Source of the DNA: the human T2T-CHM13v2.0 reference genome, Homo sapiens
Direction: 5' to 3' (one strand)
Length of the DNA stretch: 64,000 bases
Assembly: GCF_009914755.1 (NCBI RefSeq)
Contig: NC_060930.1
Shown: piece after piece, positions 24,050-38,493 of the stretch
Layout: each line of letters starts with the position of its first letter
Numbering within the stretch: position 1 is the first letter of the stretch
Position numbers and translations under genes: made by a program
Notes under the pieces: generated by a model
What the model was told of the DNA's origin: nothing
Database searches by the model: none
Seen by the model: the letters and a program-made list of their open reading frames with translations, nothing else

Positions 24050-27000
24050 GATCTTAGCTCTTGTTGAGCAGCTGCTTATAGGAGAGCCTGGGCTGAGAAT
24101 ATACCTGAAAAGTAAAGGAAAACTGTAAATAAATAAAAGATGATATTAGAAGTTGGGTTATATGTAGTGGTTATAATGACAATATTTTAAAACATTATGA
24201 TGAAAGTATATAATGATTTTTACAAATAAAATATAAATATTTTACTTCCCAAATTGAATACAATTTACTAAATTGTGGGACATAACTACTAATTTGTTTC
24301 TAATTGGAAAATGTTTGGAAACTAAATAATAATGGAAATAATTTGTAGTGAAGTGATGTTGTATGGATTATACTAATTTAGTGATGTTGCAGGTGGAAAG
24401 GTAATTCAAGCTACCAAGGTTCACACTTCCTTTTGGGAAGTACTAAATAAGTATTGATGATGCAAGATGTATTGGAACAAACGACAAAGTATAAATATCA
24501 TTTTTCTTTGTCCCGTGACTCTCAATGGGGCATTAACAGCAGGGGCTAAAAAGGAGAGGCTATTTCTCAACAGTCACTCTCTATGTACGTAGCCAACAAC
24601 TTCCGTCCACCATTAGCTTGAATAAACTAGAATATTAATGTCATTAGTCATCATGTATTTGTGATAAGAAAAATTGCTAATTAGTGACTCTCCTTAACAG
24701 TCCGTATTATCAGAAAGAAAACATGACTCTAAAAGGACGGGTGATGAATAAAGAATACATGCAAATATTCTCTGGTTTTCCTAGAACTGGGAGACGGCCA
24801 CCCCATGTGACTCAATGGCTTTGGAGCATGAAGATGAAGGTTTAGATTCCTCCCTTTTTGATAACTTCTAATGTCACTATGCAGTCTCATGGGAACCCAG
24901 GAACTCATTCTCAGGTTTGCAAATGAAGCCTCTGTCTGTAACTATAAAAATGAAGCATCAGAATAGAACTGAGAGCCCAAGTCTGTTACAGAATCTGGTG
25001 AGGTTCACACCAGAGCAATCGAAGTGCCCACACATACGTTGACATGCAAGTCATAGGTTGATGCAATTTTCATACCTACATTATTGTTGCCTGATATGGG
25101 TGGTGAGTTGCTACAAGACAGAACAGAGGCTCACCTTCCCCCCAGAATTAAGGAGTCACAAGGATATCAGCCTCACTGCCTGGAAGATACAAAAATGATT
25201 CAGCTTCAGGACATTGAATTGAGTGTTTAAAAACTGCATGGTACATCTACAGTCCCAGACCGGCTGAGAAGCAGGATTCACTTTTCCAGGAATCAAACAC
25301 TCAGGGTATTAAAGCAGTAGCTGGTTTGCATCAGGACTCTGTCCCGAGGGCCCTCTGCAGCCCAGGAGCTGCCCAAGTCAGGGTTTGCCTTTGGTCTCAC
25401 TTGGTTCAGTGACCTTTCTTTCCTTTGGTCCATTTGCCAGTACAGGGCCAGCATCTCTGCTTTGAAGGGGGTTGAATGGCCTCAAGAGCCTGCCTCAACC
25501 TTGGTCAACAGTTCATTTCTGCTCAAGCGCCAAACTGCAAAGGTCAATTGCTTACCAATCTGACCCACAGACCAACTCAGAGACAGAAATAGCTCTTCCT
25601 AGTTCCAGGAAGGGTCAATATTCACTAAAGCACAGTGCATATGGACCCTTGGTGTTTATTTTTTCCTAAAACATAGCCACAGGAGTTCACACAATAGGTC
25701 TCTGTTCCATGCTTACAGTGCCCATATTTCTTTAGCTATTTTTCATGTATAATCCCAAAGATGCTTGCAAGGAAATCACAGAATAAGATTTGAGGAAAAA
25801 AAAAATCAGTAAGTCCACGTGTTAAATTTATAATTCAGCTCAGTTAAAAAGGAATCCGATCACAAATTGTAACCATGATTCAGAGCACAGAAAATTGTTT
25901 TGGAATTTGGATTACTCAATGTGAATTCATCCTGCTCCCTCTCATTTTAATAAACCCATTTCAATTCTTAAATTATTAGTAGGACAAAAATTAAAAGAAA
26001 GAAATGTTGTGGAAAGTATGTGGAAAATAAGATGTTAAAACTATTTTTTAAATATGCTTTGCTGCAGGCAAAACCCAGTGTTCTCATCAGCTTAGTGTAT
26101 TAAAACCTCATCAAATTCCAAATTCCCTATTCCAATAAAATAATGTAAGAATTACTTAACTTCGTTAACTGGTCCAGATAGCCACCAGAATTTAGAGTTG
26201 CACTTCTATGGATACTGCTACTGTTGAAACTGTTTCTTAGTTTATCTTTTCAGATGATTATGACAGCCTTCCTTCAAAAAGTAGTTCATTAAGAGAGGAG
26301 ATTAGAAAATATAAAGGAGTTGGGAAAATCGTGTCAATAATTGGATCTCCACAGCTACTGTAAGCCCCTTGCCTGTCTCTATTACTCTCTGAGGCTACTC
26401 GAGAATGTAGAATTACATACAATATTTCCCATATTTCTTGTCTAGAGGGGGGATGTAGTCTACAAGCTACAACTGAATTGCTGGGTCTCTATAGCCTAGG
26501 AGAGGTGGGAGTGGTGAAGGGCTGGCTTTGGAATGCGGTGTTGTGGAGATCACAGCTCACCTAGCCAGCTCTCTCACTGTGCCCTGAGCTGGGTAAGTCA
26601 GTCTTACTGCCTCCTAAGTGCCCTCAGCAACTTGAATGGAATCGTTACCTTCCCATATACAAGAGGACTGACCAGCTCTCTCAGATTCTCATGCCCTGAG
26701 GAAAGCTTATGAACCTCCAGAGTCCTCCCTCAGCTGGAGGGCCCTTTTAACCTCAGCCTATGCAGAGACAGATTTATTCTTTCCGGTTTACCTCTTACTA
26801 GACCACTAGTGTCTGAAGGAAACCACTAGCCAGACCTCCAGCATTGAGGGTGTCAAACCCAAATGATTTCAAGAGTCAGGTCATTAAAACACATGCGAGA
26901 GAATCTGCACACTGTTCTATCATAAGACTGGTAGAAGTTTTGATCTGTTGGAGAGGAAATCTCCTATATAAAGCCATATAATTTTTTTAAAGTATATTTT

Positions 27001-27608
27001 GACCAAACAATCCAAGTATTTGGGCCAAATTTAGGTCTAGGTGTTAGTTTATAACTCCTGAATTCTATTATAAACTGACATTACTAAGAATAAGGATACA
27101 GCAAATTAGGATTATACTTTCAAGAGTAATGAGCAGCTTGAAAGAGGAAGATCTGGTTGAAAAATCAGATTAAATGAAAGAAACAGGAGATACTATGATG
27201 GGGGAATTCAGACATATAAATATAGAAATTTATAACATAGGATTTTATCTCAATGAAGTTTAAGGCAGCTCCCAATGGAAAGGCCACGGTATGAATTTAA
27301 GATATAAGTGTTAGAAGTTAGAAAATATTAATATTGTCTTTTGATGAAGAGATACTTCCATTTTGACAACTTCAGTTTATTAATTTTCTATTCTATGGTT
27401 AGTTTTTGTTGTGTTTTTTTTCCTAAGAAATCTTCACCTGTCCCAAGGTTGTGGAGTGTGTTTGCATGTAGAAGTTTTATGGTTCTACATTTATGGTTAA
27501 ATTTATGATCTCAAATTAGTGTTTAGAAATGGAGTTAAGTAGTAGCAGTTGAGGCTTTTTCCCATTGAACATCCTGTTGCCTTAATATTTGTTAAAAATA
27601 TTTTTCTT

Positions 27609-27919
27609 AGCCTGGCATGGTGGCTCACACCTGTAATCCCCTCACTTTGGGAGGCCGAGGCAGGAGGATCACTTGAGGTCAGGAGTTCGAGACCAGCCTG
27701 GCCAACATGGTGAAACCCCATCTCCACTAAAAATATAAAAATTAGCTGGGCATGGTGGCACACACCTGTAATCCCTGCTACTCGGGAGGCTGAGGCAGGA
27801 TAATTGCTTGAACCTGGGAAGCGGAGGTTGCATTGAGCCGAGGTCGTACCATTGCACTCTGCACTCCGCACTCCAGCCTGGGCGACAGAGTGAGACTCCA
27901 TCTCAAAAAAAAAAAAAAA
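27609..27919 (+). mobile_element. AluS inserted in old antisense L1 fragments (~27360-28200)
   Basis: Full dimer with poly(A); flanks contain gactactgtagctttat L1 ORF2 antisense pattern. Confidence 0.9.
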
Positions 27920-29130
27920 TTCTTTTGCTCATTTAACTGACTTGGCTTCTTGATTTAAAAAATATCAATGGACAGTATATGTGTGGGTCTCTTTATGGCT
28001 GTGTGTTCTCTTCTCTTTATTTAGTTATCTATACTAATCCCAGTGCCACAGTGCTTTGACTACTGTAGCTTTATCATAAGTCTTGAAATAATGTAGCAGG
28101 GGTCTTCCACCATTGCCTTCTTTTTCAATAAAGTTTTGGTCAGTCTAGGTCTTTGGCATTCCATATTCATTTTAGAATGAGTTTGTCAGTTTCTTCAAAA
28201 AACAAAGCACCATTCACTTTATCCCATCATCAATATAGTCTTATAATTGCAGGAGTAGGTGCTGGAGCTGGGACTTAGCTTTTAGGTAGCAGCCCCAACA
28301 AAAGAGCATGTCAGGGGTTTTCGTGGAGAAAGAAAATGTCTAAATGGAAGGGTGAGACAAAATTAGAGGCACCACAAGACGTGATATGAGAGGAGACATG
28401 AACAGATTCCTGAAAATTGGCTTTACCACTCACCAAGCCCTCACTGGAGTTTCAGTGACTTTATAAAAGAGCCACTGGTACTCCAGACACCGAAGGAACA
28501 AAACACAAACAAAAGAACAAAGAAATACAATGATAATAGTACTTGTTCCCTTCTCCAGGATAAGATAACGTAAAATGTCAGTTCAAACACAACTTGCAGG
28601 AGAACTACACATTGTGAAAATCAGACACTAAAAGGGTGAGTGCAGAGATGCCTGTGGTCACTCTTTGACTGCTGTGGAGAAATAAACAGCTTCAAAGGAA
28701 AGAGCCGCTTGGCCGGTGATACTTGACTTACGTATCATTCTATTGCCAGAGGTGACCACCTAGCTGATTAATAACCTCTTTTGCTCTCGAGGAAATCCTT
28801 ACGTATCCTGAAGCTATCTTTAACTTGTTGTAGATTTTACAGCATTTGGCACTGAACTCTATTATAGTCTCAGAAGTGGAGGCAATTGGTAAATAACTTT
28901 TGCACAGCTGTGGTATATAGTCCCACACACCTCCACCTAGGATGGTAGTTACTATTTTAATTGACAGAGTCCATAGGTTTCTAGGGCTGTTTGAAGGTGG
29001 TGAGAGGATCTTTTGATAATTTAAACTAGATCACCTTGAAAGAAGTATAGGTAACTGGTTTTGAAAATGTGTCAGGTGCAGTGTTGTACATTAGACCTAC
29101 TGAGAAATTATTACAAAAATAAAAATATAA

Positions 29131-29435
29131 AGCCAGGCGTGGTGGCTCACGCCTGTAATCCCAGCACTTTGGGTGGCCGAGGCGGGCATATCATGAGGTC
29201 AGGAGATCAAGACCATCCTGGCTAACACAGTGAAATCCCGTCTCTACTAAAATACAAAAAAAACTAGCCAGGGGTGGTGGCAGACACCTGTAGTCCCAGT
29301 TACTCAGAAGGCTGAGGCAGGAGAATGGTGTGAACCCAGGAGGTGGAGCTTGCCGTGAGCTGAGATGGCGCCACTGCACTCCAGCCTGGGCAACAGAGCG
29401 AGACTCATTCTCAAAAATAAATAAATAAATAAAAA
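29131..29435 (+). mobile_element. AluY-like
   Basis: Full dimer; (AAAT)n tail; TSD aaaaatataa. Confidence 0.92.
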
Positions 29436-29517
29436 TATAAGAAAAGATGAAAACTCGAATGAAGGCAGTGACAGTGGAAATAAATAAAAGACAGATATTT
29501 AGAGATATTAAAGTGGT

Positions 29518-29894
<377 letters not shown>

Positions 29895-30774
29895 TTAATA
29901 AGAAATATCATGTACTGAATAATTACCATGCACCAGGAACATTGCTTTACATATACTTTGTATGTAATTGTAAAAATCCTAGAAGTAGGTAATATTACCA
30001 ACCCAGTTTAATGAAAAAGAAAATAGAAGAGTACCGAAATTAAGTAACAATTCTAAAAACACATTGTATGCAAGAGAATTTGTAATCAGACGAGCTAACT
30101 CCCCAGCTCTTGCCTTTGTCTACTAGGCTACATAAACCATAGATTTCTGGCCATTGGTGGGTCAGGATGGTGGTACCAATAGCAAACATAGGATGAGAAG
30201 GGTTTGGGGAGAAAGATAATGGCTTCAAGTGATGAAGAAATTGAAATTTGAAATTGAGGTGTATAGGGTCTCCACGTGGAGATATCTAGTAGCTCAGAAG
30301 AGATAACTTAGCTGAAGTTATAAATGTTGGATTCATATGCTTATAGGAAAGAGTTAATGCTATGAAAACTGATGAGGTATTACAGGAAGATCCAGCTAGT
30401 GAAAGAAGAAGTTTAATGCTGTGAATTGGTAACACCAGCATTTAAAGGACAGAGGAAGAAGACTAGATACTTTGTTTCCTCATAAATCATAAATGTACCA
30501 CTCCATGAACTTTCACAAAGTGAATATGCCCAAATAACAGCATCTAGATCAAGAAAGAGGCCATTGTCAGCACCCTACTTGCCCCATTTCAAGTAATACA
30601 CATCCCCAAGGGTAACCACTGCACTAATTTCTAACAATATAGATCAGTTTGCCTGATTTTGAACGTGACATAAATGTAATTCCACAGTAAATGCTCTTTT
30701 GTGTCCAGCTTCTTTGACTCAGCATTGTTTTAATTTATCCATGTTAATTCCCATTGCAATAAAGAATTCTAGTC

Positions 30775-31695
30775 TGTGGCAGACACACCCTGAAGGCCCA
30801 CAATGAGCCATGGCCCCTTCCCTCAAGTGAGGAAAGACCTGTGACCTGTCTCTAACCAACAGGATATGTCAAAGAAGATAAAGTGTCATTCCCATCCTGC
30901 TGGCCTTGAAGAAGCCACCAGCTCTGCTGTAAATTCCCCAAGGAGAAGGCCATGTGGCAGGGAACTGCAGGCTGCCAGTAAGAAGCCAGAGCCCTCAGTC
31001 ACACAGCCACAAGGAAGGGAATTTTGCCAACAGCCTGAATGCACTTAGATGCAGATTCTTCCCTAATAGAGCCCTCAGATGACAGCACAGCCTGGCCAGC
31101 ACCTGAGCAGAGGAACCAGTTAAGTTGTGCTAAGACTCCAGACCCATGGAAACTATGGATAATAACTGTGTGTTGTTTTACTATTCACAATAGCAAAGAC
31201 ATGGAATCAACCCAAATGCCCATGAATGAGAGACTGGATAAAGAAAATGTGGTACATTTACACCACAGAATACTATGCAGCCATAAAAGAAATGAGATCA
31301 TGTCCTTTGTAGGGCCATGGATGGAGCTTGAAGCCATTGTCCTTAGCAAACTAACGCAGGAACAGAAAACTAAACACTGCATGTTCTCACTTACAAGTGG
31401 GAGCTGAACAACGAGAACACATGGACATAGGAGTGCGGAACAACACACACTGGGGCCTATCAGGGGGTGCAGTGGGAGGAGGGAAACTATTAGGAAAAAT
31501 AGCTAATGTATGCAGGGCTTAATACTTAGGTGATGGGTTGATAGGTGCAGCAAACCACCATGGCACACGTTCACCTATGTAACAAACCTGCACATCCTAC
31601 ACATGTGCCCCAGAACTTAAAATAAAAATAAAAAATAAATAAATGTGACTTAGTTTGAGGTAATTTGTTATACAGCAACAGAAATCAAATATATA
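30775..31695 (+). mobile_element. MLT1E/F-like LTR interrupted by an L1PA 3' fragment (31181-31643)
   Basis: LTR body breaks at tgtgttgtttta and resumes at agtttgaggtaatttgttatacagcaa. The insert encodes the L1 ORF2 C-terminus (EIMSFVGPWMELEAIVLSKL) and has an A-tail. Confidence 0.8.
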
Positions 31696-31796
31696 CTGTA
31701 TAAATACACTATAATTAATTTAATTTACCAATTATTAATAAATATTTCAGTAGCTTTCCATTTTTGTCTATTAACTGGTGATGCTATAAATATTCT

Positions 31797-31806
31797 TGTG
31801 TGTGTA

Positions 31807-31857
<51 letters not shown>
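31797..31857. repeat. Compound (TG)n(TA)n microsatellite
   Basis: Visible run. Confidence 0.95.
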
Positions 31858-31861
<4 letters not shown>

Positions 31862-31869
31862 GGGGGTGT

Positions 31870-32594
31870 TGTGTCAGTCAAGGTCCACTCAGAAAACAGA
31901 AACAACAAAATAATTTGAACAGGGAGGTTTCATGCAAAAAAAAAATTATTGACTATTTGTAGGGGATTAACTACTAAAAAGGGGATAAAAGAGAGCTGTA
32001 CAAAGTCCCTAATGCAAAGGGAGACAAAAACTTGGAAGAGGGCCCCTCTCTAAGGATGGGATTCAGATCTCAATGGAGAAGATGAAGTTAAAACCCAGTG
32101 GAGGCTGAAGTTAGCCGAGTTGCCCCAGGCCTGAGCTGCTCCATTACAGCAGGTGGAGGCCAAGGACTGGGACTGGGAAGCTGGAAAGCTCCCACTGGGG
32201 TGCTGGTGGGCAGAAAACCCCCTGCTGCAGTGCCTATGACATTTATGAAGAATTTGGAGGGAGGTGAAATTCTCTAGGAAGTAGGCTTGGGTCACTGTAG
32301 GACTTACTGGGAAATCACCCACAGGAGATGCTGGGAAGTACCCATGGGGACGTCATTGAAACCAGCTGGTGGTGAGTTCCACTGGGTGTCCCACAGCCTA
32401 GCCTTGCACTGTAGGAACAAAAACAACAACAAAAAAAGCAGGCACTTTACGGGAAGAATCTTCTTCCTGCAGCATCCCTTCCAGACCCTCTAACGGCAAA
32501 GGAAGAATATTTAGTAACTCCAGCTCCAGTATCCTCAGCAGGGCAATGAACACTGGTTTTGTGGCTGAGAGACAATAAACTGACAACTGGTACA
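31870..32594 (-). mobile_element. ERVL-class solo LTR (LTR41/LTR52-like)
   Basis: TG...CA ends with perfect 5-bp TSD ggtgt; minus strand starts tgtaccagttgtcagtttattgtctctcagc. Confidence 0.7.
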
Positions 32595-32682
32595 GGTGTA
32601 CACCCATAAGAGACTCGTAATCTTTTTATCCTCTTTTAAATTAGTGTGAAAGTATGAAATAAAAATTATTTAAAAATTTTAT

Positions 32683-32979
<297 letters not shown>

Positions 32980-33365
32980 TCATAATGTCTTATCTTTACC
33001 TATGTTAGACAAAATAAAGACAACAGCAGAAATCAATAAAGTAGAAAATAAGGAAATTATAGAAAAGATCTACCAACCTCTTTTAGCTCTTTGAAAATAT
33101 TAATGAAGTTGAAAAAAGAACTTTGGCAAAATTAATCCAGAAAAGTACAAAGAAGGTGCAAAGGTATACACCAAAATATTAAGCATGAGAATGAGGAACT
33201 AATTGCACATGGAGAAGAGATTAAAATGTAATAATAAACTAAGGAGATCATCTTTTATGCCAAAAAATTTGAAATTATAGGCACAATGAAAAATATATCT
33301 GAGTAAGAATAGAAAGAGTAAATTACTTTACAATTATTAAGGAAACTTTATAAGTTGTTTAGCAT

Positions 33366-34093
<728 letters not shown>

Positions 34094-34314
34094 TCTTGTA
34101 TATTTATATCTGACCAAACATTTAAGGGACAGATTAGCTCAATCTCAGGTACGTTTCCAGGGAATTGAAGAAGGATTCCTATCTAACTCGTTCTATGAAG
34201 TCAGCATAACGTTTGATGCTAAAACTAGATTAAAAAACGCATGAGAAAGGAGTGCTACAGGCCAGTCTTACTCATAAACATAGATGCAAAATCCCAAATA
34301 AAATATTTTAAAAA

Positions 34315-35420
34315 TTACTTTTAATTTTTTTTGACAAATTGTAATTGTATAGAATTATGGGATACACAGTGATATCATGACATATGTATGTTGTGCAATG
34401 ATTGAATCAAATGAATTAACCTACCCATCTTCTTAAATATTTATTTCTTCCTCCTGTTTAACTGTGACTTTCTATCCTTTGACTGACATTGCCCCATTCC
34501 ACCACCCTTATCCTCTGGTAATCACCCTTCTACTCTCTGCTTCTATGAATTCAATTGTTTTAGATTCCACATATAAGTGAGAACATGTGGTTTTTGTCTT
34601 TCTCAGACTCACTTACTTTACCCAGTTTAATGTTCTCCAGGTCCATCCATGCTCCTGCAGATGAAAAAATTTTCTTCCTTTTTGTGGCTGAATAATATTC
34701 CATTGCATATATAATATGGTTTGGCTGTGTTCCTACCCAAATCTCATCTTGAATTGTAGCTCCCACAATTCCCATGTCATGGGAGGGACCAAGTGGGAGG
34801 TAACTGAATCAGGGGGCGGGTCTTACCCCATACTGTTCTCTTGGTAGTGAATAAGTCTCACAAGATCTGATGGTTTTATAAGTGGTTTCCCTTTCTGCTT
34901 GGCTTTCACTCTCGCTTTGCCTGCTGCCATGTAAGGCGTAACTTTGCTTCTCCTTTGCCTTCCGTCATGACTATGGAATTCCCCAGCCATATGGAACTGT
35001 GAGTCAATTAAAACTCTTTCCTTTATAAATCACCCAGTCTCAGGCATGTCTTTATCAGCAGCGTGAACATGGACTAATACAGTATATATACCACATTTTC
35101 TTTATCCTTTCATCTGCTCATGGACACTTCAGTTGATTCCATAACTTGGCTATTGTGAATAGCGCTGCAATGAATGTGGGCGTGCAGATATCTCTTCAAT
35201 GTAGTTTCTGGATTATATGGTAATTCTATTGTTAGTTTTTTGAAGAACCTCCATGCTGTTTTCTACAATGGCTATGTTTACATTCTCACCAACAGTGTGT
35301 GTAATCTTTGTCTTTTTAATAAGACATTTAATCACCATTTCGATGGGTATGAGATGATATTTCACTGTGGTTTTAATCTGCATTTCCCTAATGATTAGTG
35401 ATATTGAACATTTTTTCTTG
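34315..35420 (-). mobile_element. L1MA-like 3' end interrupted by a THE1 LTR (34712-35081, + strand)
   Basis: Antisense L1 3' sequence on both sides; THE1 ends taatatggtttgg...ggactaataca with TSD atata/gtata. Confidence 0.85.
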
Positions 35421-35578
35421 CTTGGTAGAAATGCGTGGTTGAGGTTTGCCTCTTCATCTGGGAAGAGCTTTAGGGTGAGCTTTGAGGGTGCACTGAGCCA
35501 TTGTTTGAAAGCCTGGATGGTACAAGTCTAGTGCCTGAGCTTTGCTAAAAGGGGCCTTGAGGCTGAGGATGGAGCCTA

Positions 35579-35899
<321 letters not shown>

Positions 35900-38065
35900 G
35901 ACTCAAGCCTAGTTAATGTGCTCTGGGAGCAATCAGCCTGGCTCTGCTTGTGGGCTGTGCTGTTGGCACCTCTAATCCGCACCTCTGCTGGCAGTAATAT
36001 GGAGCTACCACCAAGATCTGGGTGCAGGTCACTGTGGGCAGTGCCTCCTTGCTTTGTTTCTATCTGACCCTGGGCAGTCTGGTCATGTCTTTCTCCCCTG
36101 TGTTCCCTGTGTTCCCCATGAGACAAGATCAAAGTGGGCCTTGGCTTGGCGGGAGGCTAGGGGACCTGGATGTGAGGTTTTGGTTCTCTTTTCCTGCTGT
36201 TGGTCCTCTGTGTGTGGTGCTGCATCGACTTGGAGGATGTGGAGAGGCAATACCTGTCTAATGCTGTTCTTATTCAGTTCCATGGTCCATTCAGGAGTCT
36301 CAAGCTTATTCTCAAGTTTTGAGATTTTCACCAAGGTGTTCTTATCAGTGGATAGTTGTAGTTGAGCTTTCTATGCGGGGGAGAGCAGCCTGGGACCTCC
36401 TATTCTACCATCTTCCCCTGAATATCCCAAACAAAGTACTTGCAAACCAAATTCACCTGTGTTTCTAAGATAACACGAATTGATTAAGTTGGGTTCCCAG
36501 GAATTCAAAAGTATTCTAATGTTAGCAAACCTAAAAATGCTATTCATATTAGCAGATTAAAGCACATAAAACTATATGACAATAGGTGCACATATTTCAG
36601 TACCCATTCATGGTAAAAAAAAAATTAACAAAGTAGAAATATATAACTTGGTAAAGGTTTATACCAAAAAATTACAGCAAACATAATTTTGAATGGGAAA
36701 ACATTAGAAGTATCTCTTTAAAAATTAAGACTACGTCAGAGATACAGTTGTTTTTTCTATTCAACTTTGTACTATAGGCCCTAGTCAGAGAAGACAATAA
36801 AAGTAAACTCTTGTATATAATCACCAGCAGATATGTACATGAATATTCCTAGCAACACTATTTGTAATATCTTCAAACTGGAAACAGCAAATAATGAGAA
36901 ATATGAGATTTAGATATTCTTTACTGCCCTAGGACCCTTGTATAATTTAATCTGTATGTAACTTTTCTGGTTATGTATAGATCATGGTATCTTTTTCTTG
37001 TTTGAGAGGGAGAGATTTTTTTCTTTTATGCATACACCACATTGCTTATAATTTAAATCAACATATTAAGTATTTAAAAATAATTAGCAAATCAATAGCA
37101 GTAATAATTACTTATAGAAGAGTTAATATTTTCATATTTTATGTAACATTATATATATATTTACAGTGTATGTTTGTGAAATTATCATGTAACATTTGAA
37201 GCCAATCTTATTTTTGAAGAATTGTATTTAATATTTTCTGTTCTAGTAACCAGTTTCACATTATTCTAATTTATCCTTCTGTGAATTTTTGAGTGTAATA
37301 TAGATATTTTAAATGAAATTAAATATAAACATATGTGAATATCTTTGGACCTTTATAGATGTATGGGTTTAAAATTACTCACATAGAAAAACATAATGAT
37401 GCCCAAAGGGAACATAAATATTGCAGATCATAAGTAATTACACTCTCAAATGCTCATGGAATTGTTAATCCTATTCATGACTAGCAATTCACTCACTAAA
37501 ATTTCCAATTCATTGTTTACACTAGTGAACTATTACAGTGTTGCCAACCTGACAACTTAACATTGTCAAAAACTTAGCTGATTTTAGTTGACTTGTATGT
37601 AGGAAGGCTTAATGCAATTTATGTGCAATGAAGATATGGTACAAAGCCTAAGAAGATATGAAAAATAACCTGCTCTTGGAATGATTCACCTTATTTTCAG
37701 TGGACAGCTGAAACCCAACTGAGACCACAATTTAAATTGGGAAATAATTTGTTGTTAGTTTCTACTCCCGGAGCCAACAGCCTACCTAGAGCCACCCTAC
37801 TGGGCATTCATCAGTTATATTTCTTGGTCGACAAGCAGAGTGTAGTAGAGTTCATTTTGAATTTAATTTCAAACCCCATGGTCTTAACCATTTTCCCATT
37901 CCTTTCTGTGGCCTCTTAGTTCATCCCTGAGAGTTAGAGACTTATGTTTTTATGAGTGGTGATGAATGCTTAGAAAAAAATCTGGGGACATTTAGTAGAA
38001 TCCTTCAGGCCCAGCACTGACTGAGTTGACAGAAGCCTCTTGTTTTTTAATTGCTCTGGGACTAG

Positions 38066-38493
<428 letters not shown>

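Noticed and set aside
24808-24814. Isolated AP-1 site TGACTCA as a distal enhancer
   Set aside because: A single 7-mer is expected by chance several times in 64 kb.
32480-32500. CTCF site in the LTR41-like element
   Set aside because: The motif is degenerate (GCCGTTAGAGGGTCT on the minus strand) and lacks the GGCGC end.
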